DNA from: SAR86 cluster bacterium
GTDB taxonomy: Bacteria > Pseudomonadota > Gammaproteobacteria > Magnimaribacterales > D2472
Direction: 5' to 3'
Assembly: GCA_003331565.1 (NCBI GenBank)
Contig: QOPE01000002.1
Span: forward strand, 1-39,274
Length of the DNA stretch: 39,274 nt
This document shows positions 11,409-19,368 of the stretch, piece by piece (position 1 is the first letter of the stretch; every line of letters begins with the position of its first letter). The notes under the pieces were generated by a model. That model saw only the letters and a program-made list of their open reading frames with translations, was not told the origin of the DNA and did not search any database. The position numbers were made by a program, and so were the translations under genes.

Positions 11409-12320
11409 TTAATTCTTCATCAAAATTTTTACAGTATTAGGTGATTGATAGCCAATCATCTTTGCTAGCTCATGAACTTGTTTGGTGCGTGTAAAGTTTT
11501 TTCTAAAAACGAGGCGAATTTTTCTATTGGCACTTTGGTCATCAATTTTCCTTACTAAAATTCCCATGTCGGTTGTCCATGCTGACTGAAGTGCTAATGC
11601 TGGGACAAGGGTGCAGCCCTCGCCTGCAGCAACAAGGTTAATCAGCGTTTCAAGACTTGAAGCAATGGTATTTAAATCAGATTCATCTTGTTGTGAGATT
11701 AAATTTGAAATCTGATTTCTGAGGCAGTGAGTTTTATTTAATAACAAAACATTTTGAGAAGCCAGATCTTTAGGTTGCACAGAGTTTAAATCCTCTAACT
11801 GATTACCTCTCTTGAAGGCAACCCAAAATGGCTCCTCAAATAAATCAATTGAGGTAAAGGCAGAATTTTTTTCTCCATCACTGATTAGCAATACATCAAG
11901 TTCACCAGAGCTCAATTTATCCAAAAGAATTGAAGTTACATTCTCATCAAAAATTACCTTTGCTTCAGGAATAGTTTTTTTAAGATACAAATAAAATTTT
12001 GGGATTAGATAAGGGCCTAATGTTGGGATGATCCCAACTTTTAATGGAAGTGACCAAGGGTTTTTACTTTTGAATGAAAATTCAGTTAAAGCATCAACAT
12101 CCTGAATAATAACTCTTGCTTTAGAAATTATTTCTTCTCCAAATGTTGTTATTGATAGCGATTTTGTTGTTCGTTCAAAAATTTTATTACCTAAATAATC
12201 CTCAAGTTTTTTAATTTGGCCGCTAAGCGTAGGTTGTGAAACATTGCAATGCATAGCTGCTTTATAGAAGCTTTTATAGTCAGCGACAGCAATAATGTAT
12301 TTAAAATCTCTTATATTCAT
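11409..12320 (-). CDS. oxyR: LysR-family peroxide-sensing regulator, OxyR-like (Cys199 present, Cys208 absent)
   Basis: HTH block HCNVSQPTLSGQIKKLEDYLG. THCLRNQ places the Cys at residue 199 by my count. SSLETLINLVAAGEGCTLVPALA aligns with E. coli OxyR. The gene is divergent from a rubrerythrin gene. Confidence 0.8.
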   Translation of the reverse strand: MNIRDFKYIIAVADYKSFYKAAMHCNVSQPTLSGQIKKLEDYLGNKIFERTTKSLSITTFGEEIISKARVIIQDVDALTEFSFKSKNPWSLPLKVGIIPTLGPYLIPKFYLYLKKTIPEAKVIFDENVTSILLDKLSSGELDVLLISDGEKNSAFTSIDLFEEPFWVAFKRGNQLEDLNSVQPKDLASQNVLLLNKTHCLRNQISNLISQQDESDLNTIASSLETLINLVAAGEGCTLVPALALQSAWTTDMGILVRKIDDQSANRKIRLVFRKNFTRTKQVHELAKMIGYQSPNTVKILMKN

Positions 12321-12372
12321 AGTTAAATGAGAATGATTATCATTTATAAAAATTATAAATAAATACTATTAT

Positions 12373-12409
12373 ATAGTTTTTATCTATATATAAAATAGGA
12401 AATAACTTT
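12373..12409. promoter_or_regulatory. Candidate OxyR operator (four phased ATAG/CTAT elements) in the oxyR-rbr divergent promoter region
   Basis: ATAG(12373-76)-N7-CTAT(12384-87)-N7-ATAG(12395-98)-N7-CTTT(12406-09). This matches the E. coli OxyR pattern ATAG-N7-CTAT-N7-ATAG-N7-CTAT at 15 of 16 core positions. An extra CTAT lies at 12366-69. Confidence 0.45.
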
Positions 12410-12464
12410 TTGTATTTAATTTCATAATAACAATAATAATGTAATCAATATTAAGGAGATTGTT

Positions 12465-12881
12465 ATGGAACTTAAAGGATCAAAAACTGAGCAAAACTTA
12501 AAAGATGCATTTGCTGGAGAATCTCAAGCCAACAGAAGATATCTTTATTTTGCACAAAAAGCTGATGTAGAAGGTTTTAACGATGTTGCTGCTGTTTTCA
12601 GATCAACTGCTGAAGGAGAGACTGGTCATGCACATGGTCATCTAGAATATCTTGAAGCTTGTGGCGACCCTGCAACTGGCGAGCCATTTGGTGACACGAT
12701 TGCTAACTTAAAATCAGCTATTGCTGGTGAAACTCACGAGTATACAGACATGTATCCAGGTATGGCTAAAAGTGCAAGAGATGAAGGTTTTGATGAAATT
12801 GCTGATTGGTTTGAAACATTAGCAAAAGCAGAGAGATCACATGCTAATCGTTTCCAAAAAGCTTTAGACGAAGTAGCTTAA
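12465..12881 (+). CDS. Rubrerythrin-family diiron protein lacking the rubredoxin domain (erythrin-like)
   Basis: AAGGAG RBS 7 nt upstream. [23 protein letters not shown] plus ExxH motifs ([25 protein letters not shown]). Only 138 aa, with no C-terminal CxxC pairs. Confidence 0.9.
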   Translation: MELKGSKTEQNLKDAFAGESQANRRYLYFAQKADVEGFNDVAAVFRSTAEGETGHAHGHLEYLEACGDPATGEPFGDTIANLKSAIAGETHEYTDMYPGMAKSARDEGFDEIADWFETLAKAERSHANRFQKALDEVA

Positions 12882-12900
12882 CTTTAATTCTTTTAGATTT

Positions 12901-12927
12901 AGGGCTGGCAACAGCCCTATTTTTATT
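12901..12927 (+). terminator. Intrinsic terminator/attenuator hairpin between rbr and the Fe-S protein gene
   Basis: AGGGCTG-GCAA-CAGCCCT is a 7-bp stem (5 G:C pairs) with a GNRA loop, followed by ATTTTTATT. It runs directly into the ATG at 12928. Confidence 0.6.
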
Positions 12928-14289
12928 ATGGCAGAAAAAATAGAGTCATCGAGAGAAGGCGGTATAGACGCTCCAACAAGGCATGCTCTTGATTGGACCA
13001 ATCCGGATTTCTATAACCAAGATAAAATTGATGATGAACTTTATCGCACCTTTGAGATTTGTCATGGTTGTAGGAGATGTGTAAGTCTATGTGATGCTTA
13101 CCCTACCCTGTTTGATTTAATTGATGAATCGCCCTCATACGATATCGACACTGTTGAAAAAAGTGACTATAACAAGGTTGTCGACGAATGCTACATGTGT
13201 GACTTGTGTTACCAAACGAAATGTCCATATGTTCCTCCACATCCTTGGGCACTTGATTTTCCTCACTTAATGCTTCGCGCTAAAGCAAAAAAATTTAAAG
13301 ATAAAAAAGATGGCTTGCAAAAAAGAATCAGAAATAAGCTATTAAGTAGTACTGACTTCACTATGAAATATGGCTCGATTCCTCTGGTTGACGTAACAAT
13401 TAATACTCTAAATGGTTCACAAATCGTTCGAAAGCCGCTTGAAGGCTTGCTTGGAATACATGCAAAAGCTGATTTACCAAAATTTAAATCAAATAATCTT
13501 AAAAAGAGAGTAGAAAAACTAACTAATTCTGTTGATAAAGTTCAGGCAAATGAAAGCACTACTGGAAAAGTGATGGTTTTTGGAACCTGTTACTGTAACT
13601 ACAGTGTTCCAGAGGTTGGCGAAGACCTATTTACTGTTTTCAGGCATAACAACATACAAACAGAACTTATGCAGCAAGAAAAATGCTGTGGTATGCCTAA
13701 ATTTGAGCTTGGTGATTTAGAGTCTGTAAAAAAAGCAAAAGAATATAATGCGCCTAGGTTCTTAGAAGCAATTAATGATGGGTATGATATTGTTGCTGCT
13801 GTCCCTTCATGCGTTTTGATGTTCAAACAAGAGCTGCCTCTAATGTTTCCTGGTGATGAGGAACTACAAAAAATTAAATCCAGAATATTTGATCCATTTG
13901 AGTACTTAAGTCTTCGTGATAAAGATGGGTTGCTAAAAAAGGATTTCAAAATAGAGTTTGATAAAATTTCATATCAAGCTGCATGCCATCAGAGAGTGCA
14001 GAATATTGGTCCAAAAACAAAAGAAATACTCTCGCTAATTCCAGGTGCAGAGATAGACATGATTGAGAGATGTTCAGGTCATGACGGAACTTATGCAGTA
14101 AAAAAAGAATCGCATGAAAAGTCTATTAAGATTCGAAAACCAGTAGTGAGTAAAGTTGAGAGGTTTGATCCAAAAACCTTTACATCGGATTGCCCAATGG
14201 CTGCTAAGCATGTTGGCAATGGAGTAACAACAGAAACAGAAACAGTTTTGCATCCGATGAGTATTCTCAAAGATGCATATGGATTATAA
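12928..14289 (+). CDS. (Fe-S)-binding oxidoreductase, HdrD/GlpC/GlcF-like, with two CCG domains
   Basis: Ferredoxin-type clusters CHGCRRCVSLC and CYMCDLCYQTKCP. CCG-type repeats (..EKCCGMP..PSC.. and ..RCSGHDG..SDCP..). Confidence 0.85.
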   Translation: MAEKIESSREGGIDAPTRHALDWTNPDFYNQDKIDDELYRTFEICHGCRRCVSLCDAYPTLFDLIDESPSYDIDTVEKSDYNKVVDECYMCDLCYQTKCPYVPPHPWALDFPHLMLRAKAKKFKDKKDGLQKRIRNKLLSSTDFTMKYGSIPLVDVTINTLNGSQIVRKPLEGLLGIHAKADLPKFKSNNLKKRVEKLTNSVDKVQANESTTGKVMVFGTCYCNYSVPEVGEDLFTVFRHNNIQTELMQQEKCCGMPKFELGDLESVKKAKEYNAPRFLEAINDGYDIVAAVPSCVLMFKQELPLMFPGDEELQKIKSRIFDPFEYLSLRDKDGLLKKDFKIEFDKISYQAACHQRVQNIGPKTKEILSLIPGAEIDMIERCSGHDGTYAVKKESHEKSIKIRKPVVSKVERFDPKTFTSDCPMAAKHVGNGVTTETETVLHPMSILKDAYGL

Positions 14290-14311
14290 AAAATACCTTA
14301 GGAGAAAATAA

Positions 14312-14896
14312 ATGGTAGAGCTATCAAAAGATGATTTATTTACATTAGAAGAATATTCTGAAAAGAGATCAAGTTTTAGATCTGGCGTTTTGGATGAAAA
14401 AAAGAATAGAGGTGTCATGGTAGGAAATCATGTTCACTTAATTTTTGAAAATAAAAATACGATTCAGTATCAGGTTCAAGAAATGTTAAGGATTGAAAAG
14501 ATTTTCGAAGCCAAAGACATTCAGGAAGAATTAGATGCCTACAATCCTTTAATACCGGATGGTAAAAATCTAAAAGCTACAATGCTGATTGAGTACGTTG
14601 ATGTTGAGATTAGGCGTGAGGAACTTACAAAACTTAAAGGAATCGAAAGAAACGTATGGTTCAAAGTTGGTGATACTGAAAAGGTTTATGGAATCGCTGA
14701 TGAGGATCTAGAGCGAGAAGATGACACAAAAACTTCTGCAGTTCATTTTATGAGATTCGAGTTCAATGAAACCCAAATAGCTAAATTTAAAAATGGCTCT
14801 GGTGTAGTTTTAGGTATTGATCATAATTACTATGATGTCCCACCAACGACACTTCATCATGACATTGTAAATGCATTAGCATCAGACTTTAGCTAA
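14312..14896 (+). CDS. DUF3501-like protein (function unknown)
   Basis: AGGAG RBS upstream. Blocks QYQVQEMLRIEKIFEA, EELDAYNPLIPDG and TSAVHFMRFEF match my memory of DUF3501 family members. There are no cofactor motifs I can recognise. Confidence 0.7.
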   Translation: MVELSKDDLFTLEEYSEKRSSFRSGVLDEKKNRGVMVGNHVHLIFENKNTIQYQVQEMLRIEKIFEAKDIQEELDAYNPLIPDGKNLKATMLIEYVDVEIRREELTKLKGIERNVWFKVGDTEKVYGIADEDLEREDDTKTSAVHFMRFEFNETQIAKFKNGSGVVLGIDHNYYDVPPTTLHHDIVNALASDFS

Positions 14897-14981
14897 AAAA
14901 ACTATTTATTAAGGGCGTAAAAACTCTTGCAAATACCAAAGATCCTAAAAGGAATATAAGCAAGATTGTTTTTTTATTCAT
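14889..14981 (-). CDS. Possible 30-aa hydrophobic micro-protein coupled to the monooxygenase gene
   Basis: Not in the ORF track (too short). The ATG shares its A with the TGA stop of the upstream gene (TGATG at 14983..14979). The translation is MNKKTILLIFLLGSLVFARVFTPLINSFFS, with a KK n-region followed by a hydrophobic core. No homology evidence. Confidence 0.3.
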   Translation of the reverse strand: MNKKTILLIFLLGSLVFARVFTPLINSFFS

Positions 14982-16432
14982 CAAATTATATTAAATGAAT
15001 TAATATCAGGTTTTGACATTGCCTTTTTAAAGTCTTCATAAGTCCATGGCCAGCTTGCTGGAATTCCTGAAGCATTTAGGTACCAGCTTGAACAACCACC
15101 TTTATACCATACGGTTTTCTTTGCAGCCGCAGCTCTTTTCCTTTCATAGGTTTCTGTTACATTAGCCTTAACATCAATATGGCATTGTCTTTTTTTAATT
15201 ATCTTTATGAGCTCAAGTATGTAATTCATTTGTTGTTCGGCTATATCAATTAGAGAAAAATTTCCTACGGGACCATTAGGACCGTTTAATAAAAACAAAT
15301 TTGGGAATTTAGGAACAGCGATTGACAGATAAGCTTTTGGATATTCTTTCCAATAATCATTCAGGGAAATTCCGTCAATACCAAATGCTTTAATTGGCCT
15401 TAAAAATTGGTCAACCTTAAATCCTGTTGCAAAGACAATTACATCAAGATCAATGACATTACTGTCTATCAATTCAATTCCATCATTAGTAATTTTTTTT
15501 ATTGTCTTGGAAATTAATGTACATTCAGGTTTTTGAATTGCTGGATAGTAATCTGATGACCAAATTAACCTTTTACATAGTGGTGTGTGATTAGGCGTTA
15601 GCTTTTTCTTAAGTTCCTCGTTATGTATATTCTTTTCTAGATTTTCCTTGCACGCAAAAGCTATTTCATTTGCACCAACCGAGTCTTTATTAAGAAGAGC
15701 TTGGGAATAGATTTCTACCGCATTAAAGTATTCTTCAAAATTCATAGCTTCAGTTAGATTTTTAGGGTCTCGGAATGACAATTTTTCCTCATCGCTGAAG
15801 CTTCCATTCTCAAGGGGCATCATCCATTGTGCAGTTCTTTGGAAATGGTACAAATGCTTACATTTTCCTGATAAGGCACTTACTATTTGTATCCCGGTAG
15901 ATCCTGATCCGATAACTCCTATCTTTTTGTCTTTTAATGAAATCTCATGATCCCACCTAGCGCTATGAAACTTATCTCCATTAAAATTTTTTATACCTTC
16001 TATATCTGGTAAATGTGGATGATGCAAAACTCCTGTTGCTCCGATTACAATTTCGGCTTTGTAAATCTGTGACTTGTTAGTAGTAATCTCCCAAACACCT
16101 TCTTTAAAAGAAAGACTTATGATTTCAGTCTTGAATAAGCAAATTTGATCAAGATCATTTTTAAAAAAAATACCTTCAAAATACTCACGAATCTCTGGCC
16201 CAGAGGAATAATAATTTGACCAATTAGGATTTCTTTCAAAGCTATAAGTGTAGTGATGGGATGGAACGTCACAATGTAAGCCAGGATAACTATTGTCTCT
16301 CCAGGTTCCACCTACCCCATCCGCCTTTTCAAAAATAGTTATGTTTTTAATTCCAAATTCTTTAAGTTTAATTGCAGCCAGGATACCTGCCATTCCTGCA
16401 CCAATTATTGCCACCTTTAGATTTTCTGACAT
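14981..16432 (-). CDS. Class B flavoprotein monooxygenase (Baeyer-Villiger/FMO type)
   Basis: FAD Rossmann motif VAIIGAGMAG, GGTWRDNSYPG, the BVMO fingerprint FNGDKFHSARWD (FxGxxxHxxxWD) and a second dinucleotide fold GVIGSGSTG. Confidence 0.85.
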   Translation of the reverse strand: MSENLKVAIIGAGMAGILAAIKLKEFGIKNITIFEKADGVGGTWRDNSYPGLHCDVPSHHYTYSFERNPNWSNYYSSGPEIREYFEGIFFKNDLDQICLFKTEIISLSFKEGVWEITTNKSQIYKAEIVIGATGVLHHPHLPDIEGIKNFNGDKFHSARWDHEISLKDKKIGVIGSGSTGIQIVSALSGKCKHLYHFQRTAQWMMPLENGSFSDEEKLSFRDPKNLTEAMNFEEYFNAVEIYSQALLNKDSVGANEIAFACKENLEKNIHNEELKKKLTPNHTPLCKRLIWSSDYYPAIQKPECTLISKTIKKITNDGIELIDSNVIDLDVIVFATGFKVDQFLRPIKAFGIDGISLNDYWKEYPKAYLSIAVPKFPNLFLLNGPNGPVGNFSLIDIAEQQMNYILELIKIIKKRQCHIDVKANVTETYERKRAAAAKKTVWYKGGCSSWYLNASGIPASWPWTYEDFKKAMSKPDINSFNII

Positions 16433-16446
16433 AAGTTTTTGTTAGA

Positions 16447-17331
16447 TTAATGATTTTTCATTTGAGAATCTAAATATCCAATTAGCTGTAAGTCATTCCT
16501 ACTTTTTGCAGAAAACTTGTTGTTGTTACTCCAGGCATCGTGATTAAGTTCTCCAAATGGCTCCACAATATCTCCAGTAACAGTAACCCTTTGAATGATT
16601 CGCTCACCTTCGAAATTATTTACAACAAAGTGTTGTGTTGATCTATTGTCCCAAATCGCAATTGTATTCTTTGACCATTTATACCTAACAGAGAAATCTG
16701 GTTTTTGTACCCATTTTGTAAGAAACGATAAAAGTTGTTCACTTTCTTCATGACTAAGCTCAACAATTCTTCTTGTGAAATGCTCATTGACATATAAAAC
16801 TGCTTCACCCGTATCTGGATGTTTTCTGACAACTGGATGAATCATCATTTTTTCAGGATGCATATGCGGTGAAGCATCATGAAGAGCGGTAATTGATGAG
16901 CATAAATCCTGCATTGGTTTAGATAATGCTTTGAATGCGGCAACTAAGTCGGTCCACATGGTATCGCCACCGACATCAGGTGCTGCAGTCATCTTAAGGA
17001 TAGACATTAAAGCTGGTCTTTTTTGAAAAGTTAGATCCGTATGCCATTCGTCTGCTATTCCTCCAGTGGATGCAGCTAGTTCAAAGATCTTTGGATGTTT
17101 TACGTTTGGATTATTAATATGCGGATGTCCTTCCAGCTCACCAAATAGCTCACCAAAGGCTACGTGCTCTTCAATTGTTAGTTCTTGGTCAGGAAAAAAT
17201 ATAACCTTATGTTCTGAGAGTATTGCTCTAAATTCCTGCACGTCATCTTTTGAAATATTTTTTAAATCAAAATCATTAATTTCAGCACCGATGGTTGTTG
17301 AAAGTTTTGAAATATTTTTAAAAAGACTCAT
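16447..17331 (-). CDS. TauD/TfdA-family Fe(II)/2-oxoglutarate dioxygenase
   Basis: HxD iron ligands in EWHTDLTF and the distal block WDNRSTQH. At 294 aa it is TauD-sized. Confidence 0.85.
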   Translation of the reverse strand: MSLFKNISKLSTTIGAEINDFDLKNISKDDVQEFRAILSEHKVIFFPDQELTIEEHVAFGELFGELEGHPHINNPNVKHPKIFELAASTGGIADEWHTDLTFQKRPALMSILKMTAAPDVGGDTMWTDLVAAFKALSKPMQDLCSSITALHDASPHMHPEKMMIHPVVRKHPDTGEAVLYVNEHFTRRIVELSHEESEQLLSFLTKWVQKPDFSVRYKWSKNTIAIWDNRSTQHFVVNNFEGERIIQRVTVTGDIVEPFGELNHDAWSNNNKFSAKSRNDLQLIGYLDSQMKNH

Positions 17332-17429
17332 TAACTTATCTTAGCTTGAATCAATTTGCTTTGAAATGTCTCAGCTGTCTACTAGGATTTATTTGTTATT
17401 ATTAGATTCTAATTTATGGGGTAAACAGT

Positions 17430-19364
17430 ATGAAAAAGAGTATCTTATGGTTCCTTTGTTTGAACCTGGTTTTGATCTTGGATGCGCAAGAGACAAGAAC
17501 TGAAAACAATGGCAATTTAATCCTTGAGGACATCCCAATAATTCCACAGGCAATAAAGGATGATTTATCAAAATTTCAGAATGTTCGCTCTGCGGGATTT
17601 AGAGGTTTTAACCATGAAAATGGCATCTTCATTACCACAAGATTTGGAAATGTCAGTCAGCTCCACTCAGTGGACTCGCCAGGGGCTACACGACAGCAAG
17701 TTACTTTTTTTCAAGAGCCTTTAGGTTCTATTTCAACTAACCCCAATAATTCTTCAATTGCTTTCACAATGGATAAAGGTGGCACTGAGAATGCACAAAT
17801 TTATTTATTAGATACTGACAATGGTGAATCTAAGTTGTTGACTGATGGCATTTCAAGAAATGGCGGTCCCTTATGGAGTAATAATGGAGCTATGATTGCT
17901 TTTCAGAGCACAAAACGAAACGGTAGATCAAATGATATTTGGTTGATGAGTGTGGAGAATCCTAACGAAGCAAAGATACTCCTTAAATCTTCTGACGGAA
18001 GTTGGTGGGGAGCAAGTGACTGGACCAAAGATGACAGTAAAGTATTGGTCCAAAATTATATATCCGTTGCAAATTCGAAAGCTTATATTGTTGATCTTAA
18101 ATCTAAGAAAAAGGAATTAGTTCTTGGTAAAGAAAATGAATCCTCTGTAAATGCTGCCCTAGCATTTGATAAAAATGATCAAGGCTTATTTTTTATTACC
18201 GATAGATTTGCACAATATAATCAGCTTGCTTACAAAAACCTAAATACTGAAGAAATAACCGTCATTTCCAAAGATATTTCTTGGGATGTCGATGGTTTTG
18301 CCATTAATGAAAAAAGAGGCCGAGCTGCATTTGTAGTAAACGAAAATGGCTACAGTTCGTTATATTTACTTAATCCTCAGACGTTTAAATATAAAAAAGT
18401 TAAATCAATCCCCATTGGTTTGATAGGAGGTATGGAATTTAACAGGAATAATAAATCCTTAGGTCTAACAATAAATACTTTCCAATCTCCGTCCGATGCT
18501 CATGTGCTTGACCTCAAAAGCAATCCTCTTGGCTATGGTGATCTTACGCGTTGGACGTTCTCTGAAGTAGGAGGATTAGATACCTCAAAGTTTGTTGAAC
18601 CTAAGCTTATTCATTATCCTTCATTTGATAGCAGAAAGATTCCTGCATTTATATATGCAAATAAAACTAAAGATCCTCAACCGGTAATAATTTATATTCA
18701 TGGTGGTCCTGAGGGCCAATCCAGACCAAGCTTCAGCAGTACGTTCCAGTTATGGATAAAAAATCTTAATGCTGCGGTCATAACTCCAAATGTTCGTGGC
18801 AGCGAAGGTTATGGAAAAGAATATCTCTCACTTGATAACGGGTTTAATCGAGAGGATTCAGTTAAAGATATTGGTGCCTTGATTGATTGGATTGAAACAC
18901 AACCTGACCTAGATAGTGAGCGAGTTGCTGTTTACGGAGGCTCTTACGGAGGATACATGGTCCTTGCAAGTGCAGTTCATTATAGTGACAGATTAAAAGC
19001 AGCAGTAGATATTGTAGGCATCTCAAACTTTGTTACTTTCCTCAAAAACACAAAAGATTACAGGCGTGATTTAAGGCGAGTTGAATACGGTGATGAGCGT
19101 GATCCAAAAATGGAAAAGTTTCTTCAATCGATTAGTCCAAATAATAATGTAGATAAAATTAAAGTTCCGTTGTTTGTTGTTCAGGGCGAAAATGATCCCA
19201 GAGTTCCTGTTACAGAAGCAAAGCAAATAGTAGCAGCTCTTAGAGAGAAAGATAAAAAAGTTTGGTACATGAATGCACTTAATGAAGGACATGGATATAG
19301 AAAAAAAGAAAATCGCGATATTTATCAGCAAGCAGTAGTTTTATTTTTGAGGGAGCATCTTTAA
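17430..19364 (+). CDS. Secreted S9 (prolyl oligopeptidase family) serine peptidase with an N-terminal beta-propeller
   Basis: Signal peptide MKKSILWFLCLNLVLILDA. Nucleophile elbow GGSYGGYM, Asp in GENDPRV and His in NEGHG. Confidence 0.9.
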   Translation: MKKSILWFLCLNLVLILDAQETRTENNGNLILEDIPIIPQAIKDDLSKFQNVRSAGFRGFNHENGIFITTRFGNVSQLHSVDSPGATRQQVTFFQEPLGSISTNPNNSSIAFTMDKGGTENAQIYLLDTDNGESKLLTDGISRNGGPLWSNNGAMIAFQSTKRNGRSNDIWLMSVENPNEAKILLKSSDGSWWGASDWTKDDSKVLVQNYISVANSKAYIVDLKSKKKELVLGKENESSVNAALAFDKNDQGLFFITDRFAQYNQLAYKNLNTEEITVISKDISWDVDGFAINEKRGRAAFVVNENGYSSLYLLNPQTFKYKKVKSIPIGLIGGMEFNRNNKSLGLTINTFQSPSDAHVLDLKSNPLGYGDLTRWTFSEVGGLDTSKFVEPKLIHYPSFDSRKIPAFIYANKTKDPQPVIIYIHGGPEGQSRPSFSSTFQLWIKNLNAAVITPNVRGSEGYGKEYLSLDNGFNREDSVKDIGALIDWIETQPDLDSERVAVYGGSYGGYMVLASAVHYSDRLKAAVDIVGISNFVTFLKNTKDYRRDLRRVEYGDERDPKMEKFLQSISPNNNVDKIKVPLFVVQGENDPRVPVTEAKQIVAALREKDKKVWYMNALNEGHGYRKKENRDIYQQAVVLFLREHL

Positions 19365-19368
19365 TGCT

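Noticed and set aside
14889-19364. A RiPP-like cluster: short peptide ORF plus TauD-type hydroxylase, flavin monooxygenase and S9 prolyl-oligopeptidase-family protease
   Set aside because: The 30-aa ORF looks like a signal peptide or TM segment rather than a leader-core precursor. The peptidase has its own signal peptide and is on the opposite strand in a separate unit. There are no RiPP recognition-element, cyclase or dedicated transporter genes. The association is more simply explained by genome packing.
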